Source of the DNA: Epithemia pelagica
Taxonomy: Eukaryota; Protista; Bacillariophyta
Assembly (NCBI GenBank): GCA_946965045.2
Contig: OX337236.1
Span: forward strand, 3,472,001-3,536,000
DNA: 64,000 nt
Reading direction: 5' to 3'
How positions within the stretch are numbered: the first letter of the stretch is position 1; each line of letters begins with the position of its first letter. The translations under genes were made by a program, and so were the position numbers. Below the pieces are notes generated by a model. That model did not search any database, was not told the origin of the DNA, and saw only the letters and a program-made list of their open reading frames with translations. This document shows, piece by piece, positions 20,699-32,915 of the stretch.

Positions 20699-23600
20699 CA
20701 AGGTTGCTACTACGTCACGTCACGGGCCACAACCGTGACGTGACGCCGTCAAATAGTGACGGGAATATGTTCCCGTCTGGTTTTTCCCGTCACTCCCGTC
20801 ACCTTTGGGAAATTGATAAAGACAACATGGATGTATGATGGAAATAACATGTATTGACTAACTTGGTGCATAAATATAATATAGAATGGTCTCTGGTGTC
20901 TGCTAATGGTGTTTGAATGCTCCCATAATGGACGGAAGCTTCATTCCGTCTCTCCCGAGGATAAATTCTGCAAGCAAATACTTATCCCGCCTCACATAGT
21001 CTTTCCGACTAAAGTATCGCTTGTCCTCCTGAGCAAAGTTCTTAAGATTTTCACTGGGCAAAGGCTCCAATGTATCTGAGCGTGTCTCTGGTGGGTCTTC
21101 GTCGTATCCAGGCTGTAGTTGTTCTGTTGCAGCTGCAGCTGCCCGTTGCGCAGCACGACCAGCCCGAGTCGGAGAATGTTCCGTTCGTAGACGAGCTGCG
21201 TTCTCACGGGCCATTGCAGCAAAATCAACAACACTTCCAGCATCACTGTCACCATCCAATTCTTCTATGTCGATGGGATCATGCATTTCATTTTCATAGC
21301 CCGTACCGTCATTAGGATCCTCATCGTACAGGGATTCATCATCAGGAAACGACGACTGGATTGCATCTAACAATTGTTGCATCTCTGGTCCCAATTGTGT
21401 ATCGCTTGTATTGGCATTCCCACTGGCATTATTGTTGTCATCCATATCTGTCACTGTCTCTGTAGTTTCTGTTGTAGTTCCAGTTCCAGTTCTAGTGTCT
21501 TGTTGTTGCGACGTTCTTGCCATGTTGATGGGCAGAAACTCGTCGTTGCTGTCATATTCTTCTTCATCATTATGCTGGCCGCCTGTGCTTCTCTCTACAC
21601 GCTGCTCACTGCGTAGCTGTTCATTTGTTATTTCCTGGACATCCTCTTCTTCATTGTTGTTTGCTGCGCCTGCTGTTTCGTCACGATTCCCAGCAGCCTC
21701 TCCAGTACTCTCCTCTGTTGTCTTTGGGTACTCCGTCGCGGATACAATGCGATTACGATGTTGGTTAGTTGTTTTGAATCGCTTTTTCTTCTTTCCACCT
21801 CCATGGCCAGTAGTATCTGTGTCATCACTGCCATACACAACTTGCATGTCGTGCTTTATCAGCGTCGACTTCTCCATTTTAGCCTGTGAAAGTCGATTTC
21901 TGGACTTGGTATTGAAAAGAGCAAAGTCTTTGAAAAGACGCTCACATGAAGCACTCTGAACGGGAGCGCCCAAGATCCATGCGGCAAACCTGCAGAAAGC
22001 TTCGCCACAGGCTCTGTTCTCAAGATACCAGTCCACAATGCTCGGGAACATCTCCGGATCATATGGTAGAGTAAATTTAATACGCAAAGGGTGGTTTGTG
22101 AGGTACCTGTGCACTGCAACGACCAGGTTGTTTCGTTCGATGCGCAGCTTGCGAACACTGGTCGGGTCACTCTTACCACTGTATGCGCTGAGCTCGTGCT
22201 TCTCCCAATAGAAACCTGCTGCCCACGCCAATCGCATACTCGACAGCACTGCTATTCGGTTTGCAGGCCATGAGCCCCTGGAATACTCGTTGAACGTAAT
22301 GACGTGAACGGCATACTCCTTGTAAGCTGGGTGAAGCGCAAAGGCAAGAACATAAAGTGGCTGTTCACATTGCGCCCATCGTTCTCCCAAATCCAGGGTA
22401 AGATGCCCAATTTGATCCCCACTTCCAACAAAGTCAAGTACATGCAAATACAAGTTTAGAAGCATCAGGAAAACGTCGGCAAGGGTGTTGCATTCACGTT
22501 GCATCAGGAATGATGCATCACAAAATGGGCGCACGAGGTACTCTGCTTCCTCAAGAGAGTGGAAGAAATCTGTTGTTTCCCATGCCTTGCAAGCCTTGGG
22601 GAATTCATCATCATCTCCATACTCTGCCACGAAGAGTTTGCAAGCCTTGCGAACGCGAAGCTGTGATGCAAAACACCCCTGAATGGTGTTCCAACGGGTG
22701 TCGCCAACTGTCATGATGGTTGTTGCGACTTTGCTTCCATATGTTTGACGACAGATTTGTTGGAGCCGCACCAACCATTTGGACGACGACTTAGAAACCT
22801 TTGCTGCTGCGGTTATGGCCTTGTTCGCCACATCCTTGAATTGAGGAGTCTGAACAAGATGGCCCACCATCAGATTCACTTGGTGAGCCCAGCATTTGTG
22901 GAAGAGAATATATGGGTGGCGCAAAGATAGGATGCGGCGCGCTCTGGCACACTGTCCTGCGTTGTCGGACACAAAGTATTTCACCTTGTGGGCATAAGGT
23001 CGTAGAGTATCCGTTCGCAGGATATCTTCCTCCCATACCTTAGCGATTGCCAATGCATGGTGAGTGTCGCCTTCTTTGTAGGTTGATAGCAAGAATGACT
23101 TTGGTCCTGCCTTGACCATTACACCTTGTATGTGTACCTTGTTTATCATTTCCCAGCCATCGACCACGATGCCGAAGTGGTGGCCTTGCATAGAGGCTTC
23201 AAGGATGGACTTGTTGCGATTCTCCAAGGCCTTGTTGTATCGATCATTTAATATCTTTTCCGACAGCCACCATCGCCCTTTCAGAGCTCGTGATGACTGT
23301 GGACGAAGAAAATCAAGAAGACGATGGAAAGACGGTCGTTCAACTACGGAAAAGCCAGTTGACAAGTCGATAACAAGTTCCAGGACCAACTTGTTGAGTT
23401 CTTTCTGCTCGGCTTCTGAAAGAGGCGGAGAAGCATTGAAGTATTCTTCCATCCTGCTCCTGAGAGCAGGCTTTTTCATGCCCAGTGACAACGATGAAGA
23501 AGATGGGTGGGGTGGTGGTCGCTTGAGATTCGATGTGGCCTCTGCTTCTGCTGGACTTGTAGTGAGGTAGCTACTGATGGAACCTCCCTGTACACTTCTC

Positions 23601-24370
23601 CTTGCAATAGTATCAATAGGTGGCTGTGGTTGTGCTTGCACTTCTGTACTTCGCGATGCCTTGATGTGGTTTTGAAAGGCTCGACACTTGTTGAGGTGCT
23701 GTTTGCACTTATCGGGGCGCTTGCGCATCTCTTTTGGTTTTGGTGGCATACCAATGGATTGATGGCTCTTGAACTTTTCAAGTTCTCTTTCGTAGTGCAA
23801 CTTGCAATGGCAGCAGACTACGTACAAGTTGCCGCCACTTCGTCGCCCAACTTCTACGAAGTTTTTGTAAATTTCTTCGTTGGCCTTGTGGGCTCGGCTT
23901 TTGCCTCCTCTTGAACCCCCCTTCCTTTTCCCGTTGTTAGGATTCTGCTCTGTTGTTGTCTCTGTCGCTTCTTCTTCCCCCGTAGCTTCATTGTTGTTGT
24001 CGTCGTCGTCGTCATCTCCTCCTCCTGATTCCGGCACGAACTCGTAGGGCTCGTCGTCATCGTCCGAATCCGAAGGCATCTTGGTCGTGGTCTCCTTCCT
24101 GCTCTCTTATTCTTGGCTTCTGAGGGAATGATCATTCATGATCATCAATGGTTGATTGTTGTGTATTCCTTGGATCATGTTTTTATGCCATTTTTGTGCG
24201 TTTCTCGCCATTTCTGTTTGACGACAAGATCCAAAAAAGATTTTTTGTTTCCCGTCACATTTTTTATTCCCGTCATTTGTCACCGCCTGATGGCCGGACG
24301 TGACGTCGTCAATTTTACGTCTCGTCACGTGACGTGCGTCAATCGTGACGTCGTCACAGTAGCATCCTTG
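20699..24370 (-). mobile_element. hAT-superfamily DNA transposon, 3672 bp, apparently autonomous
   Basis: 13-bp TIRs CAAGG(T/A)TGCTACT; TSD TCCGATG at 20692-20698 and 24371-24377; clustered CGTCAC/GTGACG subterminal motifs; intact transposase. Confidence 0.93.
20903..24079 (-). CDS. hAT-type transposase (1058 aa)
   Basis: Zinc-finger-like CCHC...C..HL..C; DUF659-like GIVVDGWE; SDNAG; CWAH (CxxH); TRWN; C-terminal SASCERLF; acidic low-complexity ends. Confidence 0.9.
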   Translation of the reverse strand: MPSDSDDDDEPYEFVPESGGGDDDDDDNNNEATGEEEATETTTEQNPNNGKRKGGSRGGKSRAHKANEEIYKNFVEVGRRSGGNLYVVCCHCKLHYERELEKFKSHQSIGMPPKPKEMRKRPDKCKQHLNKCRAFQNHIKASRSTEVQAQPQPPIDTIARRSVQGGSISSYLTTSPAEAEATSNLKRPPPHPSSSSLSLGMKKPALRSRMEEYFNASPPLSEAEQKELNKLVLELVIDLSTGFSVVERPSFHRLLDFLRPQSSRALKGRWWLSEKILNDRYNKALENRNKSILEASMQGHHFGIVVDGWEMINKVHIQGVMVKAGPKSFLLSTYKEGDTHHALAIAKVWEEDILRTDTLRPYAHKVKYFVSDNAGQCARARRILSLRHPYILFHKCWAHQVNLMVGHLVQTPQFKDVANKAITAAAKVSKSSSKWLVRLQQICRQTYGSKVATTIMTVGDTRWNTIQGCFASQLRVRKACKLFVAEYGDDDEFPKACKAWETTDFFHSLEEAEYLVRPFCDASFLMQRECNTLADVFLMLLNLYLHVLDFVGSGDQIGHLTLDLGERWAQCEQPLYVLAFALHPAYKEYAVHVITFNEYSRGSWPANRIAVLSSMRLAWAAGFYWEKHELSAYSGKSDPTSVRKLRIERNNLVVAVHRYLTNHPLRIKFTLPYDPEMFPSIVDWYLENRACGEAFCRFAAWILGAPVQSASCERLFKDFALFNTKSRNRLSQAKMEKSTLIKHDMQVVYGSDDTDTTGHGGGKKKKRFKTTNQHRNRIVSATEYPKTTEESTGEAAGNRDETAGAANNNEEEDVQEITNEQLRSEQRVERSTGGQHNDEEEYDSNDEFLPINMARTSQQQDTRTGTGTTTETTETVTDMDDNNNASGNANTSDTQLGPEMQQLLDAIQSSFPDDESLYDEDPNDGTGYENEMHDPIDIEELDGDSDAGSVVDFAAMARENAARLRTEHSPTRAGRAAQRAAAAATEQLQPGYDEDPPETRSDTLEPLPSENLKNFAQEDKRYFSRKDYVRRDKYLLAEFILGRDGMKLPSIMGAFKHH

Positions 24371-25962
24371 TCCGATGGTCCTGCAAATCGCAACCCATCA
24401 CCACCAACGCTACAGACTCCAGCATATAATTGAGTGCTACTTCAACAGCAATGGCCGCCTGCAGAGAACCCCTCAAGCCTCAAGTGCCACCAATGGCTCG
24501 TCAGGGACGCTATTACTGACTGTCGAATCCAAGCAGGGTGAATCAAGAAACTCCCCTTGTCATGAAATGTATCCATTACAGGAGTCACATTGCATAGATT
24601 CCTTGCAACAATACTCATGTCTCCGTCCGTCCATGGCCAGTGCATTGTCGTCGTTATTCTCACCAACAAGGTGCTGACACGGTCATCGACGGACCCACCG
24701 CGAGCGTCTCTACCCACCACTTGGCATTTGTTGGGAAGCAACAAGACTTGAGCCTCACTTGCTTGGCATTGTTGTGATGGATGCTGCCAATGCCAAGCAG
24801 ATCATGACGATATAATGTACTCCATCACCCATTGCAAGTGGCAACAGGAGCAACAACCACAACGAGACTGACACAAATGGCAAGGACAATCCGGAACCTT
24901 CATTGCTGTTCCGGGCATTCTCCTTTCATGCTTCAAGGCCAGTAACGTGGTGGTCCTTTTTGACACCCTTCTTGTTCTTTCAAAAGAATGCTATAGCAAC
25001 GACGCTTCTCTCGAACGTTTTGTGGTGTCGTCACAACGACGCCACTAGCTCCACAACGTCATGGTGGCCAGGCCAACTTGGTTCGAACCCACCAACACAA
25101 CCTTGTTGCTTGGGTCGTGGCTATGAGAAAATGGTGCCATTGTCCTACAGAGTTGTGAGTATGGCCGAGGAGGAGTCACATGCTCGATCGGTATGTAGTT
25201 CCCAAGGGCGTTTGGCAAAGCTTGAGTACGGGGAGAAAATAGACGAGGGAATGACGACAGTGACAGCTATCAGTGTAGTTGCACTGATGAGAGCAACAGT
25301 CGGGGCAGTGAGGATGACCACCAAGTGCTTTAGGATCCATCTTCCAGAACAGCACGAACAAGGTCTCTGCAGAGAAGTCGACCGACAACCAGAGAGCAAC
25401 ATCAGGAACCAGAAAGGAACACAAGCGATCCACCAGGCCAAAACAATCATGATGGAAGGGTATCCTCTTTTGGTTTACAGGCCGAGGCTGCAATGATTGA
25501 AAGTCTTGTTTCGTGGAATCCCCTTCGCCATCCCGATGGTCCTCTAGATGAAGGGTAGTTGTGGTTATCCAAAGTAAAGGCTCAAAAAAGTAGAATTGCA
25601 GAGAGATCCTCTAGTCATGAGAGCTCACGAAGAGCCTATGGATATGACACAGGGAAAGAGAGAAATAGATGGAAGCCATACTTATATCAGGGGTTGTCTG
25701 TCTCGCCATGAAGTTTATTTCGATATCCAAAAACTTTTCCACGATATTCCAAACAAGAATGCGTGGTCTTCTTCATTGCGTGTCTACGGTCACGATTTGT
25801 CTCGTGGCGAAAGCTATACCCATCTTTGTTCCATCCATTTCGTCAAGTCAGTCGTGCTTCCAGTCTGCACCCATCAGAATCACAGGAGCAAAGCAAAACC
25901 ACTAACCACTTACAATGCAGTGTCTCGATCCTCATAAATTCTGCAGGTAATATTTTGGAACC

Positions 25963-27183
25963 ATGAGCATGACACTGAAAGAACAAGCATGGCAGTCGGG
26001 CCTTTTCTTATCGAAAGAGACATCACAATGGAATGAAAACAATTGGCCTTCTCTCGAGGGTGGATGGCGTTACGAACATGCTACGGTCGTACTTGATCAC
26101 CCCGATGAAGACGACAATAACAAGAACAACAACATGCGACAAACGGTCGTCGTCTTGGGAGGATGGCAACAATACAAAGGCTATGTCAATTCCGTTCTGC
26201 AATTGAATCTATCAGACCCAAACATGCAGTGGCGAGAAGGGCCACCCATGAACAAGAGACGTAATAGACATGCCGCTGTTGTGTGCAACGGGGGTGTCTA
26301 CGTAATGGGAGGATGCAATCAAGGTTCGATGGATTTTATCGAACGAATTGACGTAAAGAATTTGCTCCGATCATCTTTGACAACAACCAGGACGCAGGAG
26401 AGCCCTTGGAAAACATTGACATGTCGCTTATCAACAAGACGATCAGGATTTTGTGCTGTCGCGGTCCTCAATCGATACATTGTTGTAATGGGTGGCTACA
26501 ACGGTCAATATTTGTCATCGGTGGATATTATTGATACCAACAATCACATTGTCACTGCTGGACCATCCATGAACGTTGCACGATCATTTTTTGCCAGTGC
26601 GGTTATTGGTCACCGCATTTTTGTCGTTGGAGGCTATAACGAGAGTGGCTATCTTGACTCGGTGGAGTATTTGGAGGACGCAACACCCTGTGACAGTGAT
26701 GAGACAAAAAAGGAAACTGGCTCGACATTCATATCTTCGTCGTCTGCTTGGATCACTCATTCTGAGTTGGTGGCTTCCAATGCACGAAGGTTTTGTGCAA
26801 TGGTTGCCGTGGGATCTTGTCTGGTAATGGCGGGAGGAGAATACGATCCTACCGTGAAAGTCTTGGATACGCACCACAACCGAGTGTGGAATCTCCCACC
26901 ATTGGATTATCACTGCTTAGACTGCAGTCTAGTGACTGTTGCCAATCAAATTGCCGTGATTGGTGGACTCCGCAATCCTTCCTGTGCAACATTACCACTT
27001 CTGGATAGAAATTCATGGTGTTTTCGTCGACTCTGTGAGCAGCAACCGAACGGATGGCATCATTCTCTTGAAGGTGTGGGTATCCGAGATGCTGATATCT
27101 CACCCTTCTTGACATTGGCATCAGCACGTAAACGCGCAAGGTCCAATTCTCAAAGTGGTGATGAAGGGAAGGATGAAGCCTAG
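25963..27183 (+). CDS. Kelch-repeat protein, copy 5 (406 aa)
   Basis: Six blades, conserved leader, RKRAR tail. Confidence 0.93.
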   Translation: MSMTLKEQAWQSGLFLSKETSQWNENNWPSLEGGWRYEHATVVLDHPDEDDNNKNNNMRQTVVVLGGWQQYKGYVNSVLQLNLSDPNMQWREGPPMNKRRNRHAAVVCNGGVYVMGGCNQGSMDFIERIDVKNLLRSSLTTTRTQESPWKTLTCRLSTRRSGFCAVAVLNRYIVVMGGYNGQYLSSVDIIDTNNHIVTAGPSMNVARSFFASAVIGHRIFVVGGYNESGYLDSVEYLEDATPCDSDETKKETGSTFISSSSAWITHSELVASNARRFCAMVAVGSCLVMAGGEYDPTVKVLDTHHNRVWNLPPLDYHCLDCSLVTVANQIAVIGGLRNPSCATLPLLDRNSWCFRRLCEQQPNGWHHSLEGVGIRDADISPFLTLASARKRARSNSQSGDEGKDEA

Positions 27184-29574
27184 ATGTTTGTTTTCAAGTC
27201 ATTGACTTGTTTTCTTCATTCGATTTTAATACTAGAACCTTGTAGGTAGTTACTCAAAAGTAGAAAGAACATGTTGCAAGATAGAAGGTGCTTGCTTGAT
27301 TTCAAAGCTGTGGAAAGAAGGACCAAATTTTTTTGTCTCTACAAGTGGTAGTGCCACCACCGTGCTTGTGCGGTCGTGAGACTAGAATCTGGGGCTTTGT
27401 GGTGGCATCAGGGCACTTTGTAGGACACAGAGTCACCGTCCATGGATCGGTAGGTATATGGCAGGGACACCGAAATCCGACAGTGGTGCATTCCAGAGAG
27501 GACGAGTTTCGCATCGATCTCGTAGCCAAGGGCAATACGGTTTGTCGCCATTTTGTGTCCACTACGATTGAGTAGTGAAGAGTACTTTTAGTGTTCGTGA
27601 CCGGGCAAATTCAGGCATGTTTTTTTGACATTGTGGTTGCCGTGACTGTCAAGGGTGCTCCATCCTGTCTTTCTTGGCTTGGGATGCTGTTGCTACGACA
27701 CAATTTTGCTGTGGACCACGACCATTGGTGGATCATTTGTTACCATCCAAACAATACTTGAAGAACACCGAGGGAGAGTCTCGGCAGTAATTGGTTGTGA
27801 TATTGGTGGACTTCTTGTCTGGTTTGAGTAAATAAGCATGTGTAGTCCTGGCGGTTCTTGCCGCATCGGCTTGTTCCTCTTGTGGTTGGTTCCTCCTTGT
27901 TGGAGCGACAAATCACTCGACGCGGTAAAGGTAGTGGTGGTGCTACTGTGTCAGTCGTTTCAGTCTGGGGTGCTGGTGGACGCTGTTCCAAAATAACCAA
28001 CTTGTCGTGGAAGTCGTTATTTGGTCCACACCAATTGTCGATGATCGATCGAAACCAATCATTCAGTACTATTGGATATTGCGAGAAGGAGGACAAAACG
28101 GTATGCCTGTTGTGCATCCGACGATTGTTGTTGTTGTTGTTTCGGTCCTGTTGGTGGATCGGGAATCATGATTTTTCTTTTCTTGTCATGCTCCTTGATG
28201 AAAGGACAGGATGGTTGTTCTTGCTGTTGTTGTTTGGGTGTAATTGGTGTTATCGTCAACAAATCGTAGTACAATCAAGTGACTGCATTCTCTTTGCTCC
28301 TTTCCTCCATGAACCACATCTGGTCGTGCTCCATATGTTTTGGCTTGGTTCATGGTCGTGGTCGATGAATCCGACAAAAAGGACGAGACGGAGGAGAAAA
28401 GCACGAATGGCGAAACCTTGTGGACCCTGTAGTCCGCTTCTCTGATAGTTCTTTTTGGAAATCGAGCATGGTTGGTTGCTGCTTCTCTACATTCCTCGTC
28501 GTCATGTGAAGAACGAATCATTGTTGATCGAGCAAAGACGGAATGGAACTGTCGTTGAGAAGCAAGGGGAAGGAACCAGTCTCTCGACTGGCACTACCAG
28601 GTCGACAGTTGTTCAATGGAACTTGTCGTCTGTTGTTGGTTCAAAAATGCATCCCGGTACCTTATTCTCGCCTTTGGAGGAACGGGAAGCAACACTGCAA
28701 GAAGCGCCAGAAATGTTCTGGCAATTGGACTGTCAATCTTGTTCATCCGTTCGTCGGAGCTACTATCTTCATTTTTGTCAGTGTCCTTCTCTTCGTCCTG
28801 TTTGCCGTGTTCTGACTGGCTAGCATGTATGATGGTACTGCATCGTTTGTTTTCGGGGATCTGATGTCTAGTCATTCGAGATCTGAGTTCTGCAATGGGA
28901 ACCGCCAATTTGCTCATTCTTGAGAATTTGCGATTCTTGTCGCCGTCTTGTCCTATGAGCTCAGTCACTCTATCTTGTCAATGAACGGTCTTCTCTTCAG
29001 GCTCGATACTAACATATACTCTTGTTTGTGCTCCTACTGCCTTGTCTCCTCGAATGCAGGCTTCTGCTGCGAGCTAATGCAACACCTGATGCGAGTCATA
29101 ATGGGATGAATGACATGTTCCTTCTGGTCCATCTGGTCGTCAGATTCTCGTTTTGGCGTAGTTGTGCTTGTGGCCTTGGTTCCGTCACAAAGCGATGCCC
29201 ATTCGAATCATTTTGGATCAAGAAGTCAAGAAGACCACTCTCTGTTGTTGTTGTTGTTGTCATTGTGCACAGTCCGCATGACCACGGGAATTATGGCGCT
29301 CCATAAAAGGCTTTGGACGAGAGATGACTTGGAAACTAGGGATATCGACTCAGTGGATGTTGGATGTTGGATTGGCCATCTGTGGACCTCTTCATCATAC
29401 GAGGACTCGTCGTATCCTAAAAAACACAGCAAAAGAAACTTCTTGGTACTTCTTGGGGCTTGTCATGTAATCTATGAGCGATTGACTTCCCTTCACCATC
29501 GTACGCATGACAGGCACAGCTCGCGTTGCTTAAAGCTGTCATTGCTCGTCCACGTTGTAGAGCGCCCCGTGACC

Positions 29575-30780
29575 ATGACAACGCCACTGAACGAACAAGC
29601 ATGGCAGTCGGGCCTTGTCCTGTTAGACGAGACACCTGAATGGAATTTCGAGGACTGGCCTCCTCTTGTGGGTGGATGGCGTGCAGGTCATAGTTCGGTC
29701 GTACTGAATCATCTCGATACGGAAAACGAGACCAACGACAGGGGGCAGACGGTCGTCGTGTTGGGAGGATATCAACAAGGCCAAGGCGATGTCAACTCCG
29801 TTCTGCTATTGAATCTGGCAGACCCAAACAAGCAGTGGCGAGAAGGGCCACCCATGAACAAGAAACGTGCTGGACATGCCACTGTTGCGTGCAACGGTGG
29901 CGTCTACGTGATGGGAGGTCGCAATACAACATCTTTGGATTGTCTGGAACGAATTGACTTGAATGATTTGTTTCAATCATCTTTGACAACAAGTAGCACA
30001 CGTGCGAGCCATTGGACGACATTGACATGTCGATTATCAACGGGACGAGTGGGATGTTGTGCTGTCGCGGTTCACAACCGATACATCGTTGTAATTGGTG
30101 GCTACAATAATCGTTATTTGTCGTCGGTGGATATTATAGATACAAACAGCCACACTGTCATTGCCGGACCAATCATGATTGTTCCACGACAATGGTTTGC
30201 CAGTGCGGTCATTGGTCACCGCATCTTTGTCGTTGGAGGTCATAACGATGAGCATGGCTGTCTTTACACGGTGGAGTATTTGGACTATGCAACACCCTGT
30301 GACAATGATGAGACAAAGAAGGAGACTGCTTCTACATTCATTTCTTTCTCACCCACCTGGACCACTCATTCGGAGTTGAGGCTTTCCAATGCACGAAGTC
30401 CTTGTGCAATGGTTCCCGTGGGATCTTGTCTGGTGGTGGCGGGAGGATGGAGAAATTCAACCGTGGAAGTTTTGGATACGCACCGCAACCGTGTGTGGAA
30501 TCTCCCTGGACTGCAAGAAGATCGTTGGGGCTGCAGTATGGTGTCTGTTGCCAATCAAGTTGCCGTGATTGGTGGATGGCGCACTACTTCGTGTGCGACA
30601 TTGCCACTTCTGGATAGAAATTCATGGTGTTTTCATCGACTCTGTGAGCAGCAACCGAACGGATGGTATCATTCTCTTGAAGGTATTTGTATCCGAGATG
30701 CTGATGTCTCACCCTCCTGCACATTGACATCAGCTCGTAAACGGGCAAGGCCCAATACACGCCGTTGTGATAAAGGCTAG
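29575..30780 (+). CDS. Kelch-repeat protein, copy 6 (start set at ATG 29575 by paralogy)
   Basis: MTTPLNEQAWQSG leader matches paralogs; six blades; RKRARP tail. Confidence 0.92.
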   Translation: MTTPLNEQAWQSGLVLLDETPEWNFEDWPPLVGGWRAGHSSVVLNHLDTENETNDRGQTVVVLGGYQQGQGDVNSVLLLNLADPNKQWREGPPMNKKRAGHATVACNGGVYVMGGRNTTSLDCLERIDLNDLFQSSLTTSSTRASHWTTLTCRLSTGRVGCCAVAVHNRYIVVIGGYNNRYLSSVDIIDTNSHTVIAGPIMIVPRQWFASAVIGHRIFVVGGHNDEHGCLYTVEYLDYATPCDNDETKKETASTFISFSPTWTTHSELRLSNARSPCAMVPVGSCLVVAGGWRNSTVEVLDTHRNRVWNLPGLQEDRWGCSMVSVANQVAVIGGWRTTSCATLPLLDRNSWCFHRLCEQQPNGWYHSLEGICIRDADVSPSCTLTSARKRARPNTRRCDKG

Positions 30781-31947
30781 GAAAACTTGAAGTGGGCATC
30801 ACGTTGCGTTAATGTCCTACAATGGCAAAACTTGCGAATAATCATTTTGATCTCGAACAGTTTTCTTATTGTCTATCAGCTGTGGAGTTCTCATGTGAAT
30901 CCTTATAGCATAAACGAAATCATGTATCCGGTAGACCGCGACTGTTCCAAAACGAGAAAACAATACCATGCATTATGCAGAATTTTGCCTTGTATTAAGT
31001 TTTATTGTCGTTGTGTTGAGTGCTTTGGCAGTCCCTGCGGTATTTCTCCGTGGAGGAAAATAATCGAATGCAAGAAATGGTTTGGCAACAGCCGCTTCTT
31101 TTGCTGGACTCCAATCTTCTCACAAACTAGTCAATGCGATGACTGCAGAGGATGGAAATCTCGTTCTATCATATGAGAGAGCAACGGAGATCACCAAGCT
31201 CAATCTTGTTCCAAATCTCACCGTCTTCAAACTCTACGGTATACAACCATGTACCAGGACTGTAAAAGGGGCGTCGTGATTTGCCATGTGTCCGACTACA
31301 CTCGACCGCAATCACACGGGAATCTTCATTCGCCCACGTAGCTGTTTCGGTCTCTTGCTGTCGTCCGTATTATTGTCATCGAAGACTCGTACCTGATTCA
31401 TTTCTCCAATCACGGTAGGGGGATCAAAGTCTGTGACATTGCGAGCAGTCGAGGATGATACCTTGTCAATCGTTTCCAAAGCCCAACCCCCTCCAGAGTT
31501 GAATGAAGACGATTTGACTGAGGACGAGCCAAGGACAAAGATGCGGACGACATTGAGAAAAGAGAGATTTGTGCTATCGCAATGAGAGATTGAATCGAGA
31601 CTTGGTCCACGCGTTCATTGGCCGTCATCAACAGCCGTTGTTGCAGTTGAAGCAAGGTAAGGTTGGTACGACATGTGGATAGGCCGGTACACACCAAACC
31701 GCCGTTCCGACAAGAACAGTTCCATGGTTGCGCGAAGCAACCGATGCAGCACAGAGTATATGGCTTTCCCTTGTCTATGACTGATGAGAAACCATTGTCC
31801 GCCATCTCCTTGTTGTTGCAAAAAATCGAGCGGGCTCCCCTGTTTGTTGTGCATGCCGTAATGCCTGGTAAATCGAGTGAGCCACTGCACCATGTGCCGT
31901 TCACAGGAGCGTTATGGGTGTTGACAAAGGCTTTAGACTGTGTCGAT

Positions 31948-32290
31948 TCAAATGACATGACAAAATTGCCACAATGACCCTTGTGCATCAAATCCTTGAC
32001 AAGGCCCGAAATAGTGCGATTCACTCAACCGGTTCGCAATGTTGAGTTGCCCACATACACTGATGCACCGCGAGTAAAATCCCACATCGACCAACGAGGC
32101 TATCGCAGTGGCACGGATCCAGAAATCAGAACGACAACGGCACGGAGCAGCCACCATCCACCACAGTGTCCCATCGGAATGATTTCCCATCAAGAGTTGT
32201 CGCATCTTTTTGCGCATCTTTGCTGTCAGTAGATTGGAGCGATTCGAACTTGAGGGTCCATACAAAACCTCTAGCGAATGACTTGCGCTG
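31948..32290 (-). pseudogene. Third decayed kinase relic
   Basis: SNLL...GTLWWMVAAP...FYSRCISV; paralogous to 16179-16620. Confidence 0.45.
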
Positions 32291-32437
32291 TCCTGGATTT
32301 GTGACTTGAGTGTTGGTCAATCTTGGCAACCACAATTCAATTGCCACGGATTGGACGAGGCCACTTGATGGTTGTTGTCATCTTCCATCGTTTCCGGATA
32401 AGACATGTTGGTGAAATTGCTCGATGAGAGAGGTCAA

Positions 32438-32491
<54 letters not shown>
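32438..32491. repeat. (GTC)18 microsatellite
   Basis: 18 perfect GTC units; paralogous sites at ~16746 and ~20403 have about 3 units. Confidence 0.95.
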
Positions 32492-32493
<2 letters not shown>

Positions 32494-32503
32494 TGTCATC
32501 TTC

Positions 32504-32640
32504 AAAAAAAAAAAAAAAGGTATAGTCTATTTTAACGCTGCCGCGCGGACCCGCTAAGGGTACCGTCGACCGACGCGCCCGAGGACTAACAGTACTTTGG
32601 GGTGTAAGAAATCACGGGGAAGAAGCAGACCGAAGTATAC
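32504..32640. mobile_element. 137-bp insertion (A15 + 122 bp) flanked by a 15-bp direct repeat
   Basis: GTCGTTGTCATCTTC at 32489-32503 and 32641-32655; insert absent from paralogous spacers. Confidence 0.75.
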
Positions 32641-32915
32641 GTCGTTGTCATCTTCGTCGATGTACGTAGTAGAGTCGGGTCGCATCTGTGTCGTACTTTT
32701 GGTGTTCAAACTACACAGTCACTAATCCTCGTGACTCACCCCCGATGGGGGATACGATGGATTTGCACCAAAAAGCCTGCAACTTCCGGTAAATACACGT
32801 GAGTCGCATATTCTGTACCAATACCCAACGGACGAAACCAAAAACTAGGATCGATATTACGTATTATGATTCCATAGAATATGGTTTCCCATTCACTAGT
32901 ATGGAACAAGCGGGA

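Noticed and set aside
24760-24799. 12-bp perfect hairpin TGCTTGGCATTG/CAATGCCAAGCA
   Set aside because: Single copy, and a stem of this length is plausible by chance in 64 kb.
29110-29574. N-terminal extensions of Kelch ORFs (29110, 33992, 48470, 42097, 17374)
   Set aside because: They run through modules A/B and are broken by stops or frameshifts in other copies; every copy shares the ATG at M-x-x-T-L-K-E-Q-A-W. Not fully excluded for the three in-frame module-A cases.
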